Origin: an uncultured Acidobacteriota bacterium | Lineage (GTDB): Bacteria; Acidobacteriota; Vicinamibacteria; Vicinamibacterales; 2-12-FULL-66-21 | Assembly: GCA_963847125.1 (NCBI GenBank) | Contig: CAWJYM010000004.1 | Span: forward strand, 2,851,436 to 2,915,435 | Length of the DNA: 64,000 nt | Reading direction: 5' to 3' | Program-made: the position numbers and the translations under genes | Shown: positions 47,607 to 56,452 of the stretch, piece by piece | Layout: each line of letters starts with the position of its first letter | How positions within the stretch are numbered: the stretch's first letter is position 1 | Notes under the pieces: generated by a model | What the model saw: the letters and a program-made list of their open reading frames with translations, nothing else | Databases searched by the model: none | What the model was told of the DNA's origin: nothing

Positions 47607-48368
47607 TTAACCAAACCGCCCGGTCACGTAGTCCTCGGTCAGTTTTTCGGCCGGCGCGGTGAAGATCTTTCGCGTTTCGTCGTACTCGACCATCCGTCCC
47701 AACCAGAAGAATGCGGTGAAGTCCGACACGCGCGCCGCCTGCTGCATGTTGTGGGTGACGATGACGATGGTGTACTTGTCCTTGAGCTGGTAGATCAGCT
47801 CTTCGATGCGCTGCGTGGCGATCGGGTCGAGCGCCGAGGCAGGCTCGTCCATCAGCACGATGTCCGGCTTGATCGCGAGGGCGCGCGCGATGCAGAGCCG
47901 CTGCTGCTGCCCCCCCGAGAGCGACAGCGCGGGCTCGTGCAGCCGGTCTTTGACCTCGTCCCAGAGCGCCGCGGCCTTCAGACTCTCCTCCACGCGATGC
48001 GACAGATCGGTGCGCCCGTTCGCGATGCGGTTGATTTTGAGCCCGTACGCGACGTTTTCGAAGATCGATTTCGGGAACGGGTTGGACTTCTGGAACACCA
48101 TCCCCACCCGGCGGCGCAGCGCGACCACGTCGACCGATGGGGCGTAGATGTCCTGGCCGTCTATTTTGATCGATCCCTCGAGCCGCGTGTCCGGGATGAG
48201 GTCGTTCATCCGGTTCAGCGTCCGGAGAAACGTGCTCTTGCCGCAGCCCGACGGGCCGATGAAGGCGGTCACGACGTGCGGTCGGATCGCGACCCGGATG
48301 TCGTGGAGCGCGCGCTTCGTGCCGTAGTAGAAGTTGACGCCGTCCGCGGCGATCTTCACCTCGGTCAT
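47607..48368 (-). CDS. pstB: Phosphate ABC transporter ATP-binding protein
   Basis: 253 aa. [23 protein letters not shown]. Confidence 0.97.
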   Translation of the reverse strand: MTEVKIAADGVNFYYGTKRALHDIRVAIRPHVVTAFIGPSGCGKSTFLRTLNRMNDLIPDTRLEGSIKIDGQDIYAPSVDVVALRRRVGMVFQKSNPFPKSIFENVAYGLKINRIANGRTDLSHRVEESLKAAALWDEVKDRLHEPALSLSGGQQQRLCIARALAIKPDIVLMDEPASALDPIATQRIEELIYQLKDKYTIVIVTHNMQQAARVSDFTAFFWLGRMVEYDETRKIFTAPAEKLTEDYVTGRFG

Positions 48369-49210
48369 GCGTTCCGCCGTCTCTGAAACCGATCGCGGAT
48401 GAGGATGGCCGCGCCGTTCATCAGGACCAGCATCACCAGGAGCACGAGAATGCCGGCCGCCGCGTTTTCAGCGAAGCCCGCCTGTGGTCGGGACACCCAG
48501 TTGAAGATCTGAATCGGAAGGACCGTAAAGGGCGACCAGGGAGACTCAGGAACGAAACGGATGTAGGCGACGGCGCCGACGATGATGAGCGGCGCCGTCT
48601 CGCCGATCGCGCGGGAGAGCGCCAGAATGATTCCCGTCAGAATGCCCGGGAGCGCCGCGGGCAGGACCTGGTGCTGCGTCGTCTGCCACTGGGTCGCGCC
48701 GAGCGCGTACGAACCCTCACGCAGCGACTTCGGCACCGCGCGCAGCGCTTCGCGTGTCGCGAGGATCACGACCGGCAGGACGAGCAGGGCGAGCGTGGCC
48801 GCGCCCGCGACCACGCTCCGCCCGAGGGCCAGCGCGCGGACGAACAGCCCCAGCCCGAGCAGGCCGTAGACGATCGACGGCACGCCCGCCAGGTTCGCGA
48901 TGTTGATCTCGATGATCCGGCCGAATCGCCCTCGCGCTCCGTACTCTTCGAGGTAGACCGCCGCCGCAACGCCGACCGGGACCGCCATGAGCGCCGTCAG
49001 CACAATCACGTAGAACGTACCGATAATCGCGGGCAGAATCCCGGCCGCTGCCGCAAAGCGCGACGGATAGCTGGTGAGGAACTCCCAGGACAGACGGGGG
49101 GCGCCGTCAAGGATCACATCGAGAAGCAGGGCCGCGAGCGCCGCCAGAGCCGCCAGCAGGCCCAGCAGGCCCAGCACGGCGAACGCACGATCGGCGAGAT
49201 AGCGGTTCAC
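48365..49210 (-). CDS. pstA: Phosphate ABC transporter permease PstA
   Basis: Start re-called to GTG 49210 ([14 protein letters not shown]...), which forms a GTGA overlap with the pstC stop. The upstream part of the 494-aa ORF is Arg-rich shadow. Confidence 0.92.
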   Translation of the reverse strand: MNRYLADRAFAVLGLLGLLAALAALAALLLDVILDGAPRLSWEFLTSYPSRFAAAAGILPAIIGTFYVIVLTALMAVPVGVAAAVYLEEYGARGRFGRIIEINIANLAGVPSIVYGLLGLGLFVRALALGRSVVAGAATLALLVLPVVILATREALRAVPKSLREGSYALGATQWQTTQHQVLPAALPGILTGIILALSRAIGETAPLIIVGAVAYIRFVPESPWSPFTVLPIQIFNWVSRPQAGFAENAAAGILVLLVMLVLMNGAAILIRDRFQRRRNA

Positions 49211-50088
49211 ACGTATTCCTCGCGGAAGCGCTCCCGCAGCCAGTTGCTGAAGAGGTTCAACGCGAACGTCGAGAGGAAGAGCAACATCCCGACGGCGAAG
49301 ATCGTGCGGTACTCGAGCGTGCCGGCCGGTGTGTCCCCCATGCTGACCTGCACAATATAGGCGGTCATCGTCTCGATCGGTACCAGCGGGTTCGCCGTCA
49401 GCCGCGGCTGCTGGCCGGCCGCGATGGCGACAATCATCGTTTCGCCGATCGCGCGGGAGACCGCGAGGATCGCGGCCGCCGAAATCCCGGAAAACGCCGC
49501 CGGAACCACGACCAGGAGCGACGTCTGAAGCCTCGTCGCCCCGAGCGCGAACGCCCCCTCGCGAAGCCCGTTCGGCACGGACCCAAGGGCATCCTCGCTG
49601 AGCGACGAGACGAGGGGCAGGATCATGATGCCCATCACGATGCCGGGGCCCAGCGCGTTGAAGCCGGCGAGGCCCGGGATGAAGCGCTGCAGGAGCGGCG
49701 TGACGAAGAGCAACGCGAAGTAGCCGTACACGACGGTCGGCACACCGGCAAGGATCTCGAGGATCGGCTTGACCGCGCGCCGGACGCCCGGCCTGGCGTA
49801 CTCGGCCAGATAAATCGCCACGAGCAGCCCGCCCGGGAGCGCCACGCACATTGCAATAGTCGACACGACGATCGTGCCGGTGACCAGGGGCAAGACGCCG
49901 AAATGCTGGTCGGCGAACAGCGGCGTCCAGACGGTTCCGAACAGGAATTCCATGATCGGGATCTCGCGCAGGAAGGCGAGCGTCTCGGTCAGGAGGACCG
50001 CGATGATCCCGGCGGTGACAATGATCGACAGTGCGGCTGACAGGAACAGCGCGCGCTCGATGACGCGCTCGAGAAGCGACCGGGTCAT
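49207..50088 (-). CDS. pstC: Phosphate ABC transporter permease PstC
   Basis: 293 aa, typical PstC sequence. Confidence 0.93.
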   Translation of the reverse strand: MTRSLLERVIERALFLSAALSIIVTAGIIAVLLTETLAFLREIPIMEFLFGTVWTPLFADQHFGVLPLVTGTIVVSTIAMCVALPGGLLVAIYLAEYARPGVRRAVKPILEILAGVPTVVYGYFALLFVTPLLQRFIPGLAGFNALGPGIVMGIMILPLVSSLSEDALGSVPNGLREGAFALGATRLQTSLLVVVPAAFSGISAAAILAVSRAIGETMIVAIAAGQQPRLTANPLVPIETMTAYIVQVSMGDTPAGTLEYRTIFAVGMLLFLSTFALNLFSNWLRERFREEYV

Positions 50089-50096
50089 ACCGGTCC

Positions 50097-51116
50097 CTAC
50101 GGCTGCGCCGGCTGAGCGAGCAGCGATTCGAGGGACTGACCCGGCTTCGCGCCCGCGTACATCGTGCCCTTCGTCCCGGCCTTGTACCGGTCGCGTACGA
50201 GCTGTTCCTCTCGATCGTTGAGCGGCACGTACCCGACCTCTTTCGCCAGCCCGTGCCCCTTTTCCATGAAGAAATCGACGAAGGCCTTGACCTCGGGACG
50301 AGCGAACGCCTTCGTGCTCACGTAGATGAACAACGGCCGGGACAGCGGACGGTAAGTTCCGCCGCGAACGGACTCCTGCGACGGCACGATGGGACCGTCG
50401 CCGTTGTCCGGCTTTCCATCGTCGACAGGCACGACCTTCAGCCGATCTTTATTCTGCTCGTAGTAGGCCAGGCCGAAGTACCCGAGCGCCAGCTCGTCGC
50501 CGGCGATTCCCTGCACCAGCACGTTGTCATCCTCGCTCGACGTGTAGTCTCCACGGCTTTGTTTCGCCTTGCCGACGATGACTTCGGTGAAGTAGTCGAA
50601 CGTGCCCGAGTCCACGCCTGCGCCGAAGAGGTGAATCTCCCGGTCGGGCCAGCCGTCGCGGACGTGGCTCCAGTGCGTGACCTTGCTCGCCGCCGCCGGC
50701 TCCCAGAGCTTCTTCAGCTCGGCGACCGTCATCGACTGGACCCAGGTGTTCTTCGGATTGACCACGACCACCAGACCGTCGTATGCGACCGGCAGCTCGA
50801 TGAACTCCACTCCGCTTTTGGCGCACGCGTCAATCTCGGTGGCGCTCACGGGCCGAGAGGCGTCCGAGATGTCCGTCTCACCGCTGCAGAATTTCTGGAA
50901 CCCGCCACCCGTTCCCGAGCTGCCCACGGTGACCCGCGCGTCGCTGTTGGCCTTCTGAAACTCCTCGGCGACCGCCTCTGTGATCGGGAAGACCGTGCTC
51001 GATCCGTCGACCTTGACGACTGCCGGCGCCGCCGTCGGCTCAGACCCGCCGCCTCCGCAGGCGGCGAAGGCAAGGATGACGGGCACACACAGAGCGAGAC
51101 GCAGGATGCGTGTCAT
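50097..51116 (-). CDS. pstS: Phosphate-binding lipoprotein PstS
   Basis: 339 aa. Lipobox LAFAAC, GSSTVFP, SGTGGGF motifs. Confidence 0.93.
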   Translation of the reverse strand: MTRILRLALCVPVILAFAACGGGGSEPTAAPAVVKVDGSSTVFPITEAVAEEFQKANSDARVTVGSSGTGGGFQKFCSGETDISDASRPVSATEIDACAKSGVEFIELPVAYDGLVVVVNPKNTWVQSMTVAELKKLWEPAAASKVTHWSHVRDGWPDREIHLFGAGVDSGTFDYFTEVIVGKAKQSRGDYTSSEDDNVLVQGIAGDELALGYFGLAYYEQNKDRLKVVPVDDGKPDNGDGPIVPSQESVRGGTYRPLSRPLFIYVSTKAFARPEVKAFVDFFMEKGHGLAKEVGYVPLNDREEQLVRDRYKAGTKGTMYAGAKPGQSLESLLAQPAQP

Positions 51117-51137
51117 GAGGGCGACACTATCGCCCGC

Positions 51138-51176
51138 AGATTACGCACTCATTTCACATCTGTTAAATCCGTGTAA
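51138..51176 (-). promoter_or_regulatory. Candidate pstS promoter with Pho-box-like direct repeats
   Basis: Minus strand reads TTACAC ggat TTAACA gatg TGAAAT gagtgcg TAATCT. That gives hexamer repeats at a 10-bp period and a TTAACA-17nt-TAATCT arrangement ending ~21 nt before the ATG. Confidence 0.5.
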
Positions 51177-51191
51177 CCGGATCGGGCGGTC

Positions 51192-51938
51192 CTATATGGG
51201 CCGGGAATCGCTCTCGGCGAGGAACTCCCCGATCTGACGCCGCAGCTCTTCCTGAATCGCCTCCACCTTGCGCTTGGCGTCGAGGAGCCGGAACCCGAAC
51301 TCATCAGCCATCGAGTTGTACTCGCGCAGCAGCGAGCGCTGGTACGCGCGGAAGCTGTCGTGGATGTCGTCGGCCAGCTTCAGATCCATTCCGGATTCCC
51401 AGAAATTCATCCCTCGGGATTCCAGCACGCGGCGGATCAGCGTGCGCTCGTCGATCTTCAGATAGAAGACGAGGTGCGGAGCGATCGCGAAGCCGTACAG
51501 ATTCCGCGTCCAGGTGCGATCGATTCCCCGGACCTGGGCGCGTGCGAGCGCGGTGAAAATATAGCGGTCGGCGAGCACGATGAAGCCGGCCTTGAGTGCG
51601 GGGATGACTTCCTTTTCGAGCCGGTCGGCGAAGTCGGTGGCGTACAGCAGCGCGAAGGTCAGCTTGTTGAGGGTGTTGCTGGACTTGGCCAGCTCGATGG
51701 TCGGCTGCATGAGCGTCGAACGGGTCCAGCCGGTCTCGATGACCCCGTAGCCCTGGACTTCGAGCCACTCCCGCAGCAGGCGAATCTGAGTCGAGCGCCC
51801 GACCCCGTCGGTCCCTTCGATCGCGATGATCTTCCCGGGATAGCCGTCGATGGGCAGGTACGGGATGCCGTACCCGTAGTAGTGGCCGGGTCGGACCCCC
51901 GCATTCGCGCCGTTTTCATGAGGAGTCAAGTCGGTCAT
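51192..51938 (-). CDS. Divergent thymidylate-kinase-fold protein B (P-loop Lys replaced by Arg)
   Basis: 248 aa from ATG 51938. IAIEGTDGVGRSTQ, LADRYIFTALA, C-terminal FWESGMDL...FRAYQRSLLREY extension. Confidence 0.7.
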   Translation of the reverse strand: MTDLTPHENGANAGVRPGHYYGYGIPYLPIDGYPGKIIAIEGTDGVGRSTQIRLLREWLEVQGYGVIETGWTRSTLMQPTIELAKSSNTLNKLTFALLYATDFADRLEKEVIPALKAGFIVLADRYIFTALARAQVRGIDRTWTRNLYGFAIAPHLVFYLKIDERTLIRRVLESRGMNFWESGMDLKLADDIHDSFRAYQRSLLREYNSMADEFGFRLLDAKRKVEAIQEELRRQIGEFLAESDSRPI

Positions 51939-52651
51939 CGGGCCTCCGTCGTCTCCATCGGCTCCGCTTCGGCCTGTTCCTCCGGCGCGCCGGCGAGGTG
52001 CCGCGTGACGAGCTTGCGGAACGCGCGCTGCTGTTCGGTGATGCTGCTCCTCGCGTCGATGACGTCGAGGCCGAACTCCTCGACGAGCCGGTCGTACTCC
52101 TCGAGCACGCGCCCCTGGAAGATCCGAAAGCTCTCGATGGGGCTCGTGCTCCAGCCCATGTCCATTCCAGCCTCGTAGAACTTCAGCTTCACGCGGCGCG
52201 CCATGAGCCGATCCACGGACACTTCGATCGGCACCCTGAAATAGACTGCCAGATCCGGCCGGACCGCAAAACTGTACAGCTCGCGCACCCATCGGTTGTC
52301 GACCCCGCGCGTCGCGTCGCGCGCGAACGCCGTGTAGGCGTACCGATCGGCGAGCACGATCATGCCGGCCTTGAGCGGCGGGATGATGTTGTAGAGCAGA
52401 CGGTCGGCGAAGTCCGTGGCGTGCAGCAGGCTGAACGTCATCGGCGTCAACGCGTTCTTTTTCTTACCGGCCTTGGTTGCGGCCTTCACGAGCGCGGACG
52501 AGTTCCATTCCGTGACGAACACGCGGTGACCGGCGGCGCTCAGCCACTTCGCGAGCAGGCCGAGCTGCGTTGTTTTTCCCGACCCGTCGATGCCCTCGAC
52601 GACGAACAGCTTTCCGGGATACGCGTGTGGTGCGAGGAGAGTGTTTAGCAT
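51935..52651 (-). CDS. Divergent thymidylate-kinase-fold protein A (canonical P-loop)
   Basis: 238 aa from ATG 52651. VVEGIDGSGKTTQ, LADRYAYTAFA, FYEAGMDM...FRIFQGRVLEEY. ATGA overlap with protein B. Confidence 0.75.
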   Translation of the reverse strand: MLNTLLAPHAYPGKLFVVEGIDGSGKTTQLGLLAKWLSAAGHRVFVTEWNSSALVKAATKAGKKKNALTPMTFSLLHATDFADRLLYNIIPPLKAGMIVLADRYAYTAFARDATRGVDNRWVRELYSFAVRPDLAVYFRVPIEVSVDRLMARRVKLKFYEAGMDMGWSTSPIESFRIFQGRVLEEYDRLVEEFGLDVIDARSSITEQQRAFRKLVTRHLAGAPEEQAEAEPMETTEAR

Positions 52652-54200
52652 GGCGGACGCGTTCCTTGCCCTTCTGAGACGTGACGTCGAACTTGATTGG
52701 CTTGCCGAGCGCATCGGCGAGCGGTTGCGTGTGTCGCTCGGCCGCCCACAATTCGAGCTCCGCGTCGCCGCTGGCGCGCAGGCGGATGACGAGGCCGTCC
52801 TTTTTTTCGCGCAAGTGGAGGGAGCTGATCGTCTGGGAATGGCTGCGGTCCAGCCCCTCCGCGAGCCGGACGATCCCTGCGAGCAGCTTCACGGTGCGCC
52901 GGAGCCCGCTCGAGAGGGCGCCGTAGCCCTCGTGCGACTTCTTGGGCTCGCCACGCCGGTGGTACCGCGCGACGAGGCCGATGACCTCGATTTCCTCCGG
53001 TTCGAAGCCTCGAAGATCGCCGTTCTTGATCAGATAGAAGGAATGCCGGTGGTGGCGCTCGTAGCTGATGTGCTCGCCGATATCGTGCAGCAGCGCGGCG
53101 TACTCGAGCCATTCCCGCTCGCGGTCGGTCAGGCGGTGCAGATGCCGTGTCTGATCGAACACCGACAGCGCCAGCCGCGCGACCTGCTTGGGGTGATCGG
53201 ACCAATAGTTACAGCGCTCTCCCAGTTCGACCACGCTGCGGCGCCGGACGTCGGGGTAGCGCTCGACCTTCTTGATGTGCGCCGCGTTCTTTCGGATGTA
53301 GTTGAGGACCAGCCCCTCTCGGAGCGCGAGGTCGCAGAGCGTCAACTCCTCCGCGCCCAGCCGCCGCAGGATCGTGTCGACCAGCACGACGCCCGCGACC
53401 GAAAGGTCCGCCCGGCGCGGGTCGAGACCCGGAAGCCGCAGCCGGCGGTCCAGGTCCATGCTCGTCAATCGCTCGCGAAGCCGATGGATGGCCTTTGCGC
53501 TCACGCGCAGATTGCGGACGTCGGCCGATGGCTTGGCATCGGCCGCCAATGCGCCGAGGCTGAGGATCGTGCCGCTCGTGCCGATGACGCGGTCGAAGCC
53601 GCGCGAGGCGATCTCGTCGAGATAGTCGCCCGCCTCGCGATTGATGTGCTTGATCAGTTTCCGCCCGTCGCGATTCGACAGCGGATCGCTTTTGACGAAC
53701 CGCTCCGTGAGCCGGATGACGCCCATCTTGAAGCTGCGCGCGAGCTGCGGCCGTCCCGCGCCCCCAAGCGTCACCTCGACGCTGCCGCCGCCGATGTCGA
53801 TCACCACTCCGGAGTTGTTCTTGAGATCGACGCCATACGCCGCCGCCTGATGGATAAGGCGCGCCTCCTCGGTTCCGGAAATGACCCGGACGTGGATGCC
53901 CGTCTGACGCGCGACCGTCGCGATGAACTCGCCGCCGTTTTCCGCCTCGCGCACGGCGCTCGTGGCCGACGCGACGATCTCGTCGACTTTGTGCGACTCG
54001 GCCAGCCGGCGATACTTCGCAAGGACCTGGAGCGCCGCCGACATCGCGGTGTCAGTCAGGTGCCCGCTGTCGAGGCCGCCGGCGCCGAGCCGGACCATGT
54101 CCTTTTCGCGGTCGATGACCTCGAACGAGAGGTCAGGGTGGACCTGCACGACGATCATGTGGACCGAGTTGGTGCCGATGTCTATGGCAGCGATGCGCAT
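52464..54200 (-). CDS. ppx: Exopolyphosphatase / guanosine pentaphosphate phosphohydrolase (Ppx/GppA) with HD domain
   Basis: 578 aa. IDIGTNSVHM, DIGGGSVE, LHDIGEHISY. The last ~62 codons are Arg-rich and overlap the next gene by 188 nt. Confidence 0.9.
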   Translation of the reverse strand: MRIAAIDIGTNSVHMIVVQVHPDLSFEVIDREKDMVRLGAGGLDSGHLTDTAMSAALQVLAKYRRLAESHKVDEIVASATSAVREAENGGEFIATVARQTGIHVRVISGTEEARLIHQAAAYGVDLKNNSGVVIDIGGGSVEVTLGGAGRPQLARSFKMGVIRLTERFVKSDPLSNRDGRKLIKHINREAGDYLDEIASRGFDRVIGTSGTILSLGALAADAKPSADVRNLRVSAKAIHRLRERLTSMDLDRRLRLPGLDPRRADLSVAGVVLVDTILRRLGAEELTLCDLALREGLVLNYIRKNAAHIKKVERYPDVRRRSVVELGERCNYWSDHPKQVARLALSVFDQTRHLHRLTDREREWLEYAALLHDIGEHISYERHHRHSFYLIKNGDLRGFEPEEIEVIGLVARYHRRGEPKKSHEGYGALSSGLRRTVKLLAGIVRLAEGLDRSHSQTISSLHLREKKDGLVIRLRASGDAELELWAAERHTQPLADALGKPIKFDVTSQKGKERVRHAKHSPRTTRVSRKAVRRRGHRRVGKNNAARPAREVAERRRSPRVRHGMELVRAREGRNQGR

Positions 54201-54276
54201 GGGGTTTGCAGGCCCGACGGGACCAAAGTGAGGCTATACTGTCGGCTTTGGCGCGCGGTCCCGGAGGCTCCCAGCT

Positions 54277-54295
54277 GTGTAACAGGCGTGTAACA
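54277..54295 (-). promoter_or_regulatory. Direct repeat GTGTAACA-N3-GTGTAACA (minus strand TGTTACAC x2, 11-bp period) in the ppx/CHAD divergent region
   Basis: Read directly. It resembles the TTACAC repeats upstream of pstS. Confidence 0.4.
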
Positions 54296-54330
54296 CGCCC
54301 CCGGACGGCCCTTCGTTTGCCAATCCTAGC

Positions 54331-55272
54331 ATGAAGGCGGCCAGCCCATCGGTCACGCTGCTGCAACGGCGGGCGCGCGCCCTGATTGACGCGCTCCCTG
54401 GTGCAATCGCCGGAGATGCGGCGGCGCTACATCGCGCGCGCGTCGCCTCCAGGCGGCTCCGCGAGGCGCTTCCCGTCGCCGGTGCCGGCGCCTCCGGCGG
54501 TGCGCAGCGCAAAGTGCGGAAGCTTGCCCGCCGCCTCACGCGTGCGTTGGGCACCGTTCGCGAGTTGGACGTCACGCTGCAAATCCTCGAGGAACGGGCC
54601 GAGGCCGACGACGGGCACGGGTCGGCGATCGATCGGGCGCGCGGCATGGTGCGGGTCGAGCGCGAACGGCGTCGCGCCGACATGCTCAAACGGCTGTCTC
54701 GCATCAATCCCGACAAGCTGCAGCGACGGCTCGCCTCGTTCACCGCGGAGGTCGCGGCCGCCGAGAGCGATCCGTGGCGGCGCGCGCTGGCGGCGCGGCT
54801 CGCGCACCGCGCGCGCCGGTTGCACCAGGCGATCGGGCGCGCCGGAGCGATCTACGTTCCGTTTCGTCTCCACGCGGTACGCATCTCCGCCAAGCAACTG
54901 CGCTACACGCTCGAGCTCGCCGTGGAGGCCGGGTTGTCGGACGTCAGACCGCACGTGAGTACCGTGAAACGGGCGCAGACGACCCTGGGCCGCCTGCAGG
55001 ATCTGCAGGTGGTGCTGAGGCAGGTGGATGCTGCGTCTGCGGAGCCCGGACTCGAGCCGGCGGCGCGAGCGGGCCTCGCGCGCCTCGCTCAGACGATCGA
55101 AGAGGACTCACGTCGCGCGCACGGACGCTATCTACGTTGGGCGTCCCGGCTTTCGGCGGTCTGCGCGACGACGCGGCGCCAGATTGTGCCGTCGCTGGCC
55201 GCCGCAGGACGCCAGCGCGCGCTCCTGATGAAGGGACCGAAGCGGCCCGCGTTCCAGAAGAGGCACGCCTGA
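54331..55272 (+). CDS. CHAD domain protein (polyphosphate-granule associated family)
   Basis: 313 aa, helical, with repeated H..R...RRLR-type motifs (LHRARVASRRLREAL, HAVRISAKQLRYTLE). Confidence 0.8.
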   Translation: MKAASPSVTLLQRRARALIDALPGAIAGDAAALHRARVASRRLREALPVAGAGASGGAQRKVRKLARRLTRALGTVRELDVTLQILEERAEADDGHGSAIDRARGMVRVERERRRADMLKRLSRINPDKLQRRLASFTAEVAAAESDPWRRALAARLAHRARRLHQAIGRAGAIYVPFRLHAVRISAKQLRYTLELAVEAGLSDVRPHVSTVKRAQTTLGRLQDLQVVLRQVDAASAEPGLEPAARAGLARLAQTIEEDSRRAHGRYLRWASRLSAVCATTRRQIVPSLAAAGRQRALLMKGPKRPAFQKRHA

Positions 55273-55775
55273 TGGCGGACGTCGAGCTCTACCTGATTCG
55301 TCACGGACTGGCCGCCGAGCGCGGTGACGCCTTTCCCGACGACGCCAAGCGGCCGCTCACGAGCAGGGGCATCGCCCGCCTGCGCAAGGAAGCGCGGGCG
55401 CTCGCGAAGCTCGGCGTGTCGTTCGATCAAATCGTGACCAGCCCGCTCGTCCGCGCACGCCAGACCGCGGATGTCTTCGCCCAAACGCTCAACCCCCATC
55501 CGCCGCTTGCGATCTCCGATGCGCTGGCGCCGGGCGGGACGTCGGTCGCCGTCATCGAAGACCTGGGTCGGTTCGAGCGCCGCGCGCGTGTCGCGCTCGT
55601 CGGCCACGAACCGAACATGGGGGAGCTGGCGGCGCGACTCCTCGGGACGCGCCGCGCGATCGAATTCAAGAAGGGCGCGATCTGCCGCATCGACGTCGCC
55701 GCGCTTCCGCCGACGCGTCCGGGGCAGCTCCGGTGGTTCGCGACACCAAAACTGTTGCGACTGATCACGAAGTAG
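55272..55775 (+). CDS. sixA: Phosphohistidine phosphatase SixA
   Basis: 167 aa. LYLIRHG catalytic motif, TSPLVRARQTA, LVGHEPNM. The start shares 1 nt with the CHAD stop (TGATG). Confidence 0.85.
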   Translation: MADVELYLIRHGLAAERGDAFPDDAKRPLTSRGIARLRKEARALAKLGVSFDQIVTSPLVRARQTADVFAQTLNPHPPLAISDALAPGGTSVAVIEDLGRFERRARVALVGHEPNMGELAARLLGTRRAIEFKKGAICRIDVAALPPTRPGQLRWFATPKLLRLITK

Positions 55776-55907
55776 CCCTCTCGTACCGCAAGTCGTCCCG
55801 ACGAGTGTCCACCGCTCCCAATCCCGCACATAAGTAAACCCCAGCAGGATCGGTCTCGTCTAACGCCCCAGAGGACGCGATGACGGGCTCGGACGGGAGG
55901 ACTTGTC

Positions 55908-56444
55908 ATGCCCCCGATCGCGGTCCTGACGGCGGTCGTCGTTGTTGCGGCGTTCGCCACACCTCCGACAGGAGCGGCGCCGCTCGCTGCGGCCGGACGC
56001 GGCGATCGATCGCCGTCGCGTCATGTGCGCTCCACGCAGCCGCGCACCGAGCAGCTGCTCGACATCGGCGCGAGCCGGTCGCCGACCTTCGCCAGCCTCC
56101 GCGCGACGCTCGAAGCCACCGACGTGATTGTGTACGTGCAGACGGTTACCCACCTGAAACCGACCCTGGACGGCCGGTTGATATTTCTCTCCAGTACCGG
56201 AAAACACCGCTATCTCCGCATCGATGTGCGGGGCTCGCTGCCGACCAACGATCTGCTGTCTGCGATTGCCCACGAGCTGCAGCATGCCGTGGAGATCGCC
56301 GGGTCGGTGGACGTCCGCGATTCGAGGTCGCTGTTGACCTTCTACGCACGGATCGGTGTCGACCGGGGCGCGCGCACGGGCTTCGACACCGATGCGGCGC
56401 GACAGACCGGGGCGCGGGTGAAATCCGAGCTTCTGGGAGCCTGA
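55908..56444 (+). CDS. Secreted hypothetical protein with HExxH motif
   Basis: 178 aa. GGGAGGA SD 6 nt upstream, a signal-like N-terminus, AIAHELQHAVE. Confidence 0.5.
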   Translation: MPPIAVLTAVVVVAAFATPPTGAAPLAAAGRGDRSPSRHVRSTQPRTEQLLDIGASRSPTFASLRATLEATDVIVYVQTVTHLKPTLDGRLIFLSSTGKHRYLRIDVRGSLPTNDLLSAIAHELQHAVEIAGSVDVRDSRSLLTFYARIGVDRGARTGFDTDAARQTGARVKSELLGA

Positions 56445-56452
56445 GGAGTCGT

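Noticed and set aside
48365-49849. 494-aa version of pstA
   Set aside because: The upstream 213 codons overlap pstC in another frame. GTG 49210 gives a canonical PstA N-terminus and a GTGA junction.
52590-54293. 567-aa + strand ORF
   Set aside because: It is antisense to ppx.
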